Positions 52,201 to 60,296 of a stretch of DNA of 64,000 nt are shown piece after piece. The translations under genes and the position numbers were made by a program. This stretch comes from Oscillospiraceae bacterium. GTDB lineage: Bacteria > Bacillota > Clostridia > Oscillospirales > SIG627. The stretch's first letter is position 1. The number at the start of each line of letters is the position of its first letter. The stretch lies in assembly GCA_015065325.1 (NCBI GenBank), contig SVQO01000008.1, positions 7,840 through 71,839 on the forward strand, in the 5' to 3' direction. A model generated the notes under the pieces. The model made no database searches. It saw only the letters and a list, made by a program, of their open reading frames with translations, and was not told where the DNA came from.

Positions 52201-54130
52201 GGATAGAACCGCCTGCCACGTAGCCGGGGAAGGTACCGCCGCGGATCAAGGTGGTGACGTTGCCTTGGTGTTTTCCGTTGCGGCAGCCGCCTGCAAAGGA
52301 GTTGGTCTTGGAGGTATTGTAGTAATTGAAGGTGCCGCCGGAGATCTCGTTATAAATGTTGCCCTTGTGGGTGGAGCTTCCACCGCCGGAGCCGCCCCAA
52401 ACGCCCTTGAAGGAACCGCCCGAGATGTAGTTCTTTACGGCAAAATCCACAGAGGTATTGGTGATCTTACCTCCGCGGGTACCGCAGTACAGATAAAGGG
52501 TATCAAAGTTACCGCCGGAAACGTGGTTCTCGATCTGTCCTTTGATCTCCGGAGAGTAACCGCCCAGATAGACCTCCTGGAAGTAGGTGCCGCCCTGAAC
52601 GTAGTTGGTGACGTTACCCGTGACGACACCGTTGTTGCTGGCGCCGTAAACGTAGTGGTTGTAGGTGCCGCTCTTGATGGTGGAGGTAATATTACCGTTC
52701 ACGGTGCCGTGATAGGTGCCCATATACAGGTTCACGTTTTTACCCAGGGTCACGTTCTCCAGGGTGTTGATGAGGTTACCCTGGATGCGCGCGGTGTCTC
52801 CTGCGGTGGCGCCCATATAAACGTGCTGTGCGGAGTTCTGCTCGGGAATAACGACGTTTTTCCAGCTCGTAGTCAGGTTGCCGGTCAAGACGGGACATTC
52901 GTCGAGACCTCTGTAAAAGGGAGCCGTTACGTTTTCCAACGTGTTGGTCACGTTACCCGTAATGGGGGCGTTGCCAAAACCGGCGTAGATGAAGCGGCTG
53001 AATTCGCTGTCCTTGATGGTGAGGGATATGTCGCCGTTGATCCCGCTGCTTCCGGTGGAAAGACCGCCGTAGTAGCGGTCGGCTTTCACGTTTTCAAGGC
53101 GGACGCTCAGATCGCCGTTGATCGTAACGTTGCTGAAGCCGATCTGAATCATTTTACCGTTTTCGACGGTATTGTTCATCAGATCCACGTTCTTGATGGT
53201 AGCGCTTACGTCACCGTTGACGGTGACTTCACGGAAAAGGCGGGGGAAGTCGGTCAAGGTGCCGCCGTCTACCTGAACGGTGATGTTACCCGTCAGCGCA
53301 GTCTGAAGACCAAAGCCGCCTGCGTAAAGATGCTTGATGGTGCCGCTCTTGACGTGAAGAACGGAATCTGCCACGGGGTTTTTGCCGCTTCTCACCATGG
53401 TATTGGTGAGGATGGCTCCGTCGATCACCAGCTTGGGGCAGGTATCGTCCGCGGAAACGGTCTTGCTTCCAACCTTGGCAGAGAAGTCCGTGGAGGAGCC
53501 GACAGCAGCGTAGGGATAGGCAGAGGGGTTCTCATAAATGAAGCCGTTGCCCAGGGTCATAGAGGAGGTGAACAGACCGTTTTCGGTGTAAAGGGCAAGG
53601 TTGTCCTCAGTCCATCCCTCAAAGGCTTTCGCGGTGAAGTTGTCACCGTAAAAGCGGGACTTGTATTCCCCTGCGGTGCCGTTGACGTCCATGGTGATAT
53701 TTCCCAGGGTTACGTTACCGGTTCCTGCATACAACTTGGTCTGCACGTCGTCAAAGGGAATGGTGATTCCCGTGAAGGTGTAGTCGTTGGTACAAACCAC
53801 GCTTGCCGCGGGGAGGTTCAGCGTGCCGCCGGTAATGGTAATGGGCAGCTTCTTCCCGCCGGGCAGAAAAATGGTTTTTTGACCGAACAGAATGCTGTTT
53901 TGGCTGGTTGCGGTATGGGTGCCCGATAAAACGATTCGGACGCCTTTTGCGTTCAGCTCACCGTTTGCTGCCATGGTTTCCACGGCGGCAAGAGCATTTT
54001 CAACGGAGGTATAGTCTCCGCCGGTTACTGCAACGGTGATCTCCAATGCATCGTCTGCCTGTACGGAGAGTGCAAGCCCCGCAAAAACAAGACAAACGGA
54101 AAGGAGAATGACCCAAAGTGTCTTTTTCAT
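49232..54130 (-). CDS. Secreted 1,632-aa protein: Sec signal + beta-helix-like repeat region + C-terminal ceramidase-like domain
   Basis: Signal ..ALSVQA|DD. Residues ~280-670 (nt ~52120-53295) carry at least 14 units of G-[ND]-[IVL]-x-[NST]-x-[IVL]..GG-x-F. The last ~474 aa (nt ~49235-50656) carry FSAGYAMADIS, FNATHNHSSP, NFVRRYV, VNWQGH, CNGSSGNLNF, FGDIAMGFVPYEQFDTNG and GGYEVY. Confidence 0.7.
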   Translation of the reverse strand: MKKTLWVILLSVCLVFAGLALSVQADDALEITVAVTGGDYTSVENALAAVETMAANGELNAKGVRIVLSGTHTATSQNSILFGQKTIFLPGGKKLPITITGGTLNLPAASVVCTNDYTFTGITIPFDDVQTKLYAGTGNVTLGNITMDVNGTAGEYKSRFYGDNFTAKAFEGWTEDNLALYTENGLFTSSMTLGNGFIYENPSAYPYAAVGSSTDFSAKVGSKTVSADDTCPKLVIDGAILTNTMVRSGKNPVADSVLHVKSGTIKHLYAGGFGLQTALTGNITVQVDGGTLTDFPRLFREVTVNGDVSATIKNVDLMNNTVENGKMIQIGFSNVTINGDLSVRLENVKADRYYGGLSTGSSGINGDISLTIKDSEFSRFIYAGFGNAPITGNVTNTLENVTAPFYRGLDECPVLTGNLTTSWKNVVIPEQNSAQHVYMGATAGDTARIQGNLINTLENVTLGKNVNLYMGTYHGTVNGNITSTIKSGTYNHYVYGASNNGVVTGNVTNYVQGGTYFQEVYLGGYSPEIKGQIENHVSGGNFDTLYLYCGTRGGKITNTSVDFAVKNYISGGSFKGVWGGSGGGSSTHKGNIYNEISGGTFNYYNTSKTNSFAGGCRNGKHQGNVTTLIRGGTFPGYVAGGSIPNDESQAKEHVGNTVLTLAGGTFLNTVDPNCRLGSYNGETLLNIDTEKGLEPLAISIGSEYNDISASSDKFDLTLTTDFTAKNIVARGSKALTINGKFTAESFTVEEGAGAPKIFGAANIGKLDSRGEVINIGARTRITASEVIGTVALHQTELWSANTYFASPAGTAIVITETDTVFGRVQVKNGVVKGLSSALAGVAFVFSDNVSIRFAFDKEWVESIQSTFSFTAKAGTETIVNAAKFADLTLADGYYTLVSEPINTVNYNKAITYSGNYLPEQSFTLLEVAANGIKIYDKAGQNPELGALLKAFSNYAIATDNYKNSKSTALPYENPVTPTDFATLQEGMNVTENRGRGYMTLTETAHLILESKQLILDDGMRIRYTLKGQRMKQMNQSSAKVHNLHFWYGCEDITSTITKTWVSDGYESLIFPAGYYRVTVDIPLYPSTIGNYVRFYVTEQATLNNSTTFVIDHIDQLDALAEEFSAVEGFEDVGATLQYYVQASVAYYSDQKLPDDFTYPETFSAGYAMADISSYGFKMHMYSYAVGQFYIDPCYVTCLALWDGGELALYYSVDVRQCDDTFTKTYKALISETFGVDPDKIFFNATHNHSSPDATSRTKENVPRWYAEIFEPSLISSTKQAILDLAPAETYVGKATSAPGTNFVRRYVREDGSYTGIHVYETDTSSPVVGYESEADKELRTIRFERGDKKDIVFVNWQGHAAHGANLYKTQFTGDFVYWLRKGVQEDMDVHFVYCNGSSGNLNFTPKTAEDIAAKYFTNQYFEGVGKSLVGTVKEAVAAEEKVKTGAFQVNHIEYNAPVKVDPDDIREKALAVNEACKAYAAENGAWTSVTQQRNYIFNNHATEAPFLQSTYHMSSIITRNNYKTAGTTHLIIDVFAFSFGDIAMGFVPYEQFDTNGKQMRDGVADLYKMTFSGGYTNGTKSYVPSNLSSIENEAAKEHYGGYEVYTCRYEDGTGDGVAAALTAALRAMKESN

Positions 54131-54149
54131 GATCGAAGATCCTTTCTGC

Positions 54150-54215
54150 TTGGTTTTTGTATCTTTGATACAATCCTACATCTTATAGTATATCACAAAA
54201 TTTTATCGCTTGCAA
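54150..54215 (-). promoter_or_regulatory. Sigma-A-like promoter of the downstream giant gene
   Basis: The minus strand reads TTGCAA-N17-TATACT (..CATTGCAAGCGATAAAATTTTGTGATATACT..), upstream of RBS AAAGGA. Confidence 0.45.
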
Positions 54216-54292
54216 TGGTGAAAAAAGAACCTTGTTTTTTTCACTTTTTTGCACAAAATATGAATTGTTTTTTTGGTAAAAAAAGATAAAAA

Positions 54293-54324
54293 AACGAAGC
54301 AATGAAACGTTTCATTGCTTCGTT
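54293..54324 (-). terminator. Intrinsic terminator after the upstream giant gene
   Basis: A perfect 16+16 nt palindrome, AACGAAGCAATGAAAC/GTTTCATTGCTTCGTT, followed by a T-run on the minus strand. Confidence 0.8.
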
Positions 54325-54339
54325 TAAAAACATAGGTTC

Positions 54340-57300
54340 TCAGTTGTTTTTCATTGCTCTTAAAGCTTCTACCAGAGCAAAGGCAATATCGTCGCCGGTG
54401 GAATCCACGTAGCGGGATGAGTAAACCTCGTAGCCGCCGTGGGGGGCTGCATATGCGGAGGGAATGTAGCTGTGAGAGCCGTTGGAATAGGCGGCGGTAA
54501 AGGTTATCTCGTAAAGATCCTCCACGCCGTCACGGATCTGCATGGCGTTGGTATCGAACTGCTCGAAGGGAACGAAAGACATTGCTGCGTCGCCGAAGGA
54601 GAAAGCGTACAGACCGATGGTGTTTGTCTCACCCATGCCGGAACGGGTGATGATATGAGAGATCTCGTATTTGGATTGGAATCCCGTCTGGGTCTGGATT
54701 TGCTTTGCGGGCATATCGGTACCGTGCTCTGCTTTGTACGCTTTCAAAAGCTCGTTTGCCTCCTTTGCTCTTGTTACGGTATCCTCATCCTCGTGCTTGA
54801 CAGAAGCAAGGAAGGGAATGTAGGTGACCTTGAAGGCGTCCGTTTCGATCTGCTTTTCGGTGGCAACCGCCTTTTTCACCGTTCCCACAAGGCTCGTACC
54901 GATCTGGGAGAAGTAGGGGCTGGTAAAGTATTTTGCATCGATATCCGCCTGCACCTTGGGAGTAAAGTTGATATTGCCCGAGGCACCGTTGCAATAGATA
55001 AAGTGCACGCCCATATCCTCTTCCACTCCGCTGCGGAGCCAATTCACCAGATCTGCGGTGAACTGATATCTGTATGCCGCACCGTGGGCAACGTGTCCCT
55101 GCCAGTTGACGTATACGATGTCCGTCTTGCCCTCGCGTTCAAAGCGCATGGTGCGAAGCTCCTTGTCCGCCTCGGTTTCGTAGGCGACCACATTGGAGGC
55201 GGGGATAATATTGTGAATGCCCGTGACGGTGCCGTCCGCATTCACGTAGCGGCGCACGTAGTTGGTGCCGGGGTCGGAAAGTGCCGAGCCGGTATAAAGC
55301 CGGCTGGGAGCAAGGTCCAAAATAGCCTTTTTGGTCGCCATCATAAGGGCGTCGTCAAAAATGGTTTCGTACCAGACCTTTACGGTTGCGCTGTTCATGC
55401 TGGAGGCGTTGGGACCGGAATGGTCGTGGGTGGCGTTGAAAAAGATCTTGTCGGGGTCGATCAGTCCGCGAAGCTCGTTTTTCAGAACGTTTTTGTATTT
55501 TTTGGCGAAATCTGCACTGACACCGCGGAAGTCCAGGGAATAGATCAACGCCAGCTCGTCTCCGTCCCAAAGGGCAAGACAGGTCACGTACATCGGGTCC
55601 AGGACCACCTTGCCGTTTCTGCCGCTGTACATATCCATATCGTAGCCGTAAGGAGAGAAATCTTCTCTGCCGAAGCCCGCGGAAAACTCGGTGGGATAGG
55701 TGAAATCGGAAATATCGGGCTGGGTTTCGTAGTAGGCGGCACCGGCCTGCAGGTAATAAAGCAGGGCTGCACCGAGCTCTTCGGAGCCTGCGGTACCCGC
55801 AAGCTCCTCGGCAATGGAATCCAAACGATCAATGTAATCCTCAGATACGTAGGTGGTGTAGGGCTCAGTGGAATCTGCCGGAAGCGCGGTATGCAGATCG
55901 TCTTTTTCCGCTACGATAAAGCGGATGCGATCATCGCTCTTGGAGGGGGTAACGGGCAGATCCACCGTGATTTCAAAATATCCTTTTCGGGAACTGCTTG
56001 CCACCCAGGTTTTTTTGACGGAGTTCGTTACGTCGACACAGTTGTAAAAGTAATGAAGGCTGTTGACAGGAGACGAGTTTTTCATGGTGGTATTCATTTC
56101 ATCCGATTTCAGATAGTAACGGATGCGCATCCCGTCGTCCAGAACGAGCTGCTTATTTTGCAGCTGTACCAAAGGTGTATTCACGATGGGGACAAAACCC
56201 TTTTGACCCACAAAGCCTGTTTCCGCGGTCGCGTTTTCATAGGGCAGGGGGGTGTTTTTCCCGTTTTTGTAATTATCGGTGGCGACCGCGTAGTTGGAGA
56301 ATGCTTTCAGAAGCTCGCCCAACTCCTTGTTCTGAGAGTCTTTTCCGTAAAGATGAATGCCGGTCTCGGCAAGTTGGAGCAGAGTGAAGCTCCTGCTTTC
56401 CATCATGTTTCCGCTGACGATGACCGTGGCGCACAGCTCAGTGGCGGAAAGATAGTCGGATTGGACCGTGTAGTATCCGTTTTTGAGAACCAGGTCGTCA
56501 AAACGGACGTTTTCTGCCAAAGAACGATCTCCGCAAACAGCGTTGAACAGGAAAAGGTCCTTTTCATTTTCAACCGACGCTTTGTCGAAGAAGAAACGCA
56601 GAGAGATCTTATCGTCGAAGACGAAGGAAACGCCTGCAAAGGCGGAACTTGTGCCCTTGACCACACCGTTTACGGCGGTGGCTTCACCGCTGGCGCTTTC
56701 TGCCATAGAAAGGGTAATATCGGTTCCTGCGGGGGAGGTGAAGTAGGTTCTCGGCAGCCAGTACTCCGATTGGTACAGGTTTACGGTGCCGTCCGTTTGC
56801 TCTACGGTAAGTGTGCCTTTTGCCCCCAGAGTCAGCTTCTTGCCGCCGGAAAGGAGACTTTTTGCCTTGACGGTTCCGTAAATCTCGGGTACGGCGGCGT
56901 TTGTCTCTACGGTGAACACGTCGCAGATCACGGTGCCGAACACTTGCAAAGCACCCGTTCCGCGCGCGATCAGCTCTTTGCAGGTCACGGTCATCGTCTG
57001 CACGGAGGGGGCGGAGGAATGGGCGGCAATAAAGGACTCGCATTCCAAATCGTATCCGAAGGAAAGGGGCTCCAGCGCCTTTTCCGTATTGACGTAGAGG
57101 TGGCTTTCCTCAAAGGCACCCCAACGGCTGTCGGCGCCGATGATATAGCGAAATTCGCCGCCTGCAAGGGTGAGCGTGGAGACGCCTTTGTGGGTATGGC
57201 CCCAATCCGCCTGGTTAGGGATGGCTCCGCCGTACACGTAGCCCTCGAAGACACCGCCGCGGATCAGAGTATCCACGTTTGCGTTATGGGTACCGTTTCG

Positions 57301-59193
57301 CACGGAGCCCGCAAAGGAATTGATCTTATCTTGGTAGTTATAGACACCGAAATGACCGCCGGAGATCTCGTTGTAAACGTTTGCGGTCAGAACACTGTCT
57401 CTTCCGTTTCCGCCGCCGCCCCAAACGCCCTTGAAGGAACCGCCGGTAAAGTAGTTTTCAATGGGGTAGGGGATGCTTGCATTGCTGACCTTGCCGTTGC
57501 GGGTGCCGCAGAAAAGATACAGTGTGTCGAAATTTCCGCCTGAAATGTGGTTTTCAATCTTACCGGTAACCGTAGGCATATAGCCGCCAAGGTATACTTC
57601 TTGCAGGTAGGTGCCGCCTTGCACGTAGTTGAGCAGAGTGCCCTTTACGGTGCCGGAATAGGGGCCGCCGTAAAGGTAGTGAGAGAAGGTGCCGCTTTTA
57701 ACGGTGTTGGTGATGTTGCCGTTTACGGTACCGCCTTGATTGGCACAGTACAGAGAAAGCTTGCCTTGGACGGTTACGTTTTCCAAGGTATTGGTGATAT
57801 CTCCGGCTACCTCACAACTGACGCTTGCACCGAGATGTATCGTGTCCTCTTTGGCCGGCTCGGCAAAGGTAACGTTCTTTAAATGGTTGGTCAGGTTTCC
57901 GACGGAGGATTTGCTACCGGTATATTCTTCCTTGTTCCCCAACGTGGGGCACTCGTCCAGCCCGCGAAAGCGGGGGCCGATATTTACGTTTTCCAAGGTG
58001 TTTTCCACGTTTCCGTAAACGGCGGACTGTCCGAAGCCGCCGTAGAAAAAGCGGGTGAAGTCACAGTTTTTGACGGTTGTGCTTACGTCTCCCGTAACCT
58101 TGTAACCCTTTCCTCCCATAGCTCCGTAATAGCGGTCGGCTTTTACGTTTTCCATATAAACGGTGACGTTTCCTTTGACGGTGACGCCCGCAAAGCCGAT
58201 CTCGATCATCTGCCCGTCGTCCGTGGGATTGTTTTGTGTCAGATCCATGTTTTTCAGAAAAACGGACAGATTTCCGTTCAAGGTCGTCTTGTTCAGGATG
58301 CGGACGAAGTGACGGATGGAACCTCCCTCCACGAGGACGGTGATACTACCGGTGTGGGTGACGCCGTTGGTGCTGGAGGGAGTTGCGTACAGGTGATTGA
58401 CGGCACCGCTTTTGATCTGCAGAACGGAGTTTCCGACGGGGTTGAAGCCTACTCTCGACATGGTATTTGCCAGCGTTGCACCGTCAACGATCAGCTCGGT
58501 GCGGGTGTCGTCTGCGGAAAGGGTTTTGCTTCCGATCACTGCGGTAAAGTCCGTGGAGGATCCTACCGAGGCGAAGGCATAGGTGGAGGCGCTTTCATAG
58601 TTGAAGCCCTCTCCCAGGGTCATGGAGGAATAGAAGAGACCGTTTTTCATATAACCGTTCAGATTTTGCTCGGTCCAACCTTCAAAGACCTTTCCCGTAA
58701 AGGTGTCTGCGTAGAAGTAGCTTTTATACTGGGCAGTACCGTTCAGGTCAAGGGTGATATTCTTTAAAGTAACGTTACCGCTTCCCGCGTATAGCTTGGT
58801 GGCGATGTCGTCAAAGGGGATGGAAATATCCGTAAAGGTGTAGTCGTTGGTGCAGGCAACGTTGCCCGTTGGCAGGGTCAGGGTTCCGCCGCTGATGGTG
58901 ATGGGGAGCTTTTTGCCCGTGTACAGAAAGATGGTCTTCTGACCGAACAGGATTCCGTCTTTTGCCGTTGCGGTATGAGAGCCTGACAGGATCAGGTGAA
59001 CGCCTTTTGCGTTCAGCTCGCCCTTTTTCGCCATGGTCTCCACGGCGGCAAGAGCGCTTTCTACGGTGGTATAGTCCCCTCCGCTTGCCGCTACGGTAAG
59101 CTCCAGGGCAGTATCTGCCTGCACGGACAGTGCCAGGGCGGCAAAGGTCAGGCAGAAGGTGAAGAACAAAGCGATCATCGTTTTCTTCATCAT
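54340..59193 (-). CDS. Secreted ~1,617-aa paralog: Sec signal + beta-helix-like repeats + C-terminal ceramidase-like domain
   Basis: Start at MMKKTMIAL after AGGAAC. Signal ..ALSVQA|D. It has the same repeat grammar (GNVTVYMENVKA, GNITNTVKSGTF, GKIENHISGGNF, NVYNEISGGHF). The C-domain (nt ~54343-55697) carries FSAGFGREDFS, FNATHDHSGP, NYVRRYV, VNWQGH, CNGASGNINF, FGDAAMSFVPFEQFDTN and GGYEVY. Confidence 0.7.
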   Translation of the reverse strand: MMKKTMIALFFTFCLTFAALALSVQADTALELTVAASGGDYTTVESALAAVETMAKKGELNAKGVHLILSGSHTATAKDGILFGQKTIFLYTGKKLPITISGGTLTLPTGNVACTNDYTFTDISIPFDDIATKLYAGSGNVTLKNITLDLNGTAQYKSYFYADTFTGKVFEGWTEQNLNGYMKNGLFYSSMTLGEGFNYESASTYAFASVGSSTDFTAVIGSKTLSADDTRTELIVDGATLANTMSRVGFNPVGNSVLQIKSGAVNHLYATPSSTNGVTHTGSITVLVEGGSIRHFVRILNKTTLNGNLSVFLKNMDLTQNNPTDDGQMIEIGFAGVTVKGNVTVYMENVKADRYYGAMGGKGYKVTGDVSTTVKNCDFTRFFYGGFGQSAVYGNVENTLENVNIGPRFRGLDECPTLGNKEEYTGSKSSVGNLTNHLKNVTFAEPAKEDTIHLGASVSCEVAGDITNTLENVTVQGKLSLYCANQGGTVNGNITNTVKSGTFSHYLYGGPYSGTVKGTLLNYVQGGTYLQEVYLGGYMPTVTGKIENHISGGNFDTLYLFCGTRNGKVSNASIPYPIENYFTGGSFKGVWGGGGNGRDSVLTANVYNEISGGHFGVYNYQDKINSFAGSVRNGTHNANVDTLIRGGVFEGYVYGGAIPNQADWGHTHKGVSTLTLAGGEFRYIIGADSRWGAFEESHLYVNTEKALEPLSFGYDLECESFIAAHSSAPSVQTMTVTCKELIARGTGALQVFGTVICDVFTVETNAAVPEIYGTVKAKSLLSGGKKLTLGAKGTLTVEQTDGTVNLYQSEYWLPRTYFTSPAGTDITLSMAESASGEATAVNGVVKGTSSAFAGVSFVFDDKISLRFFFDKASVENEKDLFLFNAVCGDRSLAENVRFDDLVLKNGYYTVQSDYLSATELCATVIVSGNMMESRSFTLLQLAETGIHLYGKDSQNKELGELLKAFSNYAVATDNYKNGKNTPLPYENATAETGFVGQKGFVPIVNTPLVQLQNKQLVLDDGMRIRYYLKSDEMNTTMKNSSPVNSLHYFYNCVDVTNSVKKTWVASSSRKGYFEITVDLPVTPSKSDDRIRFIVAEKDDLHTALPADSTEPYTTYVSEDYIDRLDSIAEELAGTAGSEELGAALLYYLQAGAAYYETQPDISDFTYPTEFSAGFGREDFSPYGYDMDMYSGRNGKVVLDPMYVTCLALWDGDELALIYSLDFRGVSADFAKKYKNVLKNELRGLIDPDKIFFNATHDHSGPNASSMNSATVKVWYETIFDDALMMATKKAILDLAPSRLYTGSALSDPGTNYVRRYVNADGTVTGIHNIIPASNVVAYETEADKELRTMRFEREGKTDIVYVNWQGHVAHGAAYRYQFTADLVNWLRSGVEEDMGVHFIYCNGASGNINFTPKVQADIDAKYFTSPYFSQIGTSLVGTVKKAVATEKQIETDAFKVTYIPFLASVKHEDEDTVTRAKEANELLKAYKAEHGTDMPAKQIQTQTGFQSKYEISHIITRSGMGETNTIGLYAFSFGDAAMSFVPFEQFDTNAMQIRDGVEDLYEITFTAAYSNGSHSYIPSAYAAPHGGYEVYSSRYVDSTGDDIAFALVEALRAMKNN

Positions 59194-59257
59194 AGAGTTC
59201 CTTTCGATTCCGATCATTTATGAAAATTAAGGCGAAACAGATAAAAATACATAATAA

Positions 59258-59285
59258 ATTATATCATAGGTGAAGACCGTTGCAA
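59258..59285 (-). promoter_or_regulatory. Sigma-A-like promoter of the upstream giant gene
   Basis: The minus strand reads TTGCAA-N16-TATAAT. Confidence 0.5.
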
Positions 59286-59372
59286 ATACCTTGAATTGAA
59301 CAAAAATGAGCACGTTGTTTTGTGCAAAAAGCAAAAGAAAAAATGCGGCGAGAATTTTCTCGTCGCAAAGTT

Positions 59373-60260
59373 TTATCGTTTCCACCGCAGAGTGTTGCCT
59401 ACCTCCTCCAAAGGAAGCAGGATCACCCGTTCCTCGGTGCCGTCCTCGGCGGGCTTGTTGGGGGAGTGGATTGCCAGGGTCATCTCTCCTTCAAGAGAGG
59501 TGAAGATCATTCCGTGTCCTCCGTCGTAATCCCCCGAAAACAGGCGGGAATAAAGCAGATCACCGTGCTTCCAGGGACCCGTTACCAGACCGCTTTCGCT
59601 CTCGGAAATGCCTACGCAGTAGCCGTTGTCGGAATAATTGGACCAGATCATCAAAAGCTTTCCGCCTTCGGTTTTGTGCATAAAGCAGCCGTCCGTGACC
59701 TTTCTGCCCTTTGCCCATTCGGGCTCGGGTGCGGAAAACAGCTCCGTGATCTCTCCCTCCAGTCGGGTCAGATCCTCGGAGAGGCGGCAAGCCATCATCC
59801 TGCCCATTCCGTCCTCGGTGCACTTCCACTCCTTTACGAAGACAAGCCAGGGCTTGCCGCTTTCATCAACGTAGAGGGTTCCGTCCAGACATTCCCACTC
59901 GGCAGGAGTCAGGTGCCCGTCGGAGATCTCGCGAAAGGGTCCCTCGGGAGAATCTGCGGCAAGGACCGTGCAGCCCTTTCGTCCCGTCTTGGAGGAAAAA
60001 TAGGTGGTGAGCATATACCATTTTCCTCGGTAAAGCCAGACCTCGGGTGCCCAGAAGTTCTTCTCGGCGTATTTCGGAAGCTCGGCAACGTTTTCCACCT
60101 TTTCCCAATCCCCTGCAAGATCTCCGCAGGTATTTTTGTAAAGGGTCCAGCGGGTATTTGCCCAGTCGGTTCCGACAACGCCCGTTCCGTAGGCGTAATA
60201 GATCCCCTCGTGGACGACGATGAAGGGGTCGCGTAATTTATTTATTTTGGTGACGATCAT
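59373..60260 (-). CDS. Glycoside hydrolase family 43 protein
   Basis: 'LRDPFIVVHEGIYYAYGT', 'FWAPEVWLYRGKWYM' and a five-bladed-propeller-like repeat pattern. A terminator hairpin lies at about 59345-59368. Confidence 0.7.
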   Translation of the reverse strand: MIVTKINKLRDPFIVVHEGIYYAYGTGVVGTDWANTRWTLYKNTCGDLAGDWEKVENVAELPKYAEKNFWAPEVWLYRGKWYMLTTYFSSKTGRKGCTVLAADSPEGPFREISDGHLTPAEWECLDGTLYVDESGKPWLVFVKEWKCTEDGMGRMMACRLSEDLTRLEGEITELFSAPEPEWAKGRKVTDGCFMHKTEGGKLLMIWSNYSDNGYCVGISESESGLVTGPWKHGDLLYSRLFSGDYDGGHGMIFTSLEGEMTLAIHSPNKPAEDGTEERVILLPLEEVGNTLRWKR

Positions 60261-60296
60261 TGTTTCTCCTTTTTTCGATCCTGTTTTGTGGTAGGA

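Noticed and set aside
51752-57543. 725-aa and 1,034-aa plus-strand ORFs inside the two giant genes
   Set aside because: They are Gly/Val/Ala-rich antisense translations of the repeat-rich coding strand. They have no starts with an RBS, and the minus-strand frames are continuous for about 4.9 kb each with signal peptides and conserved C-domains.
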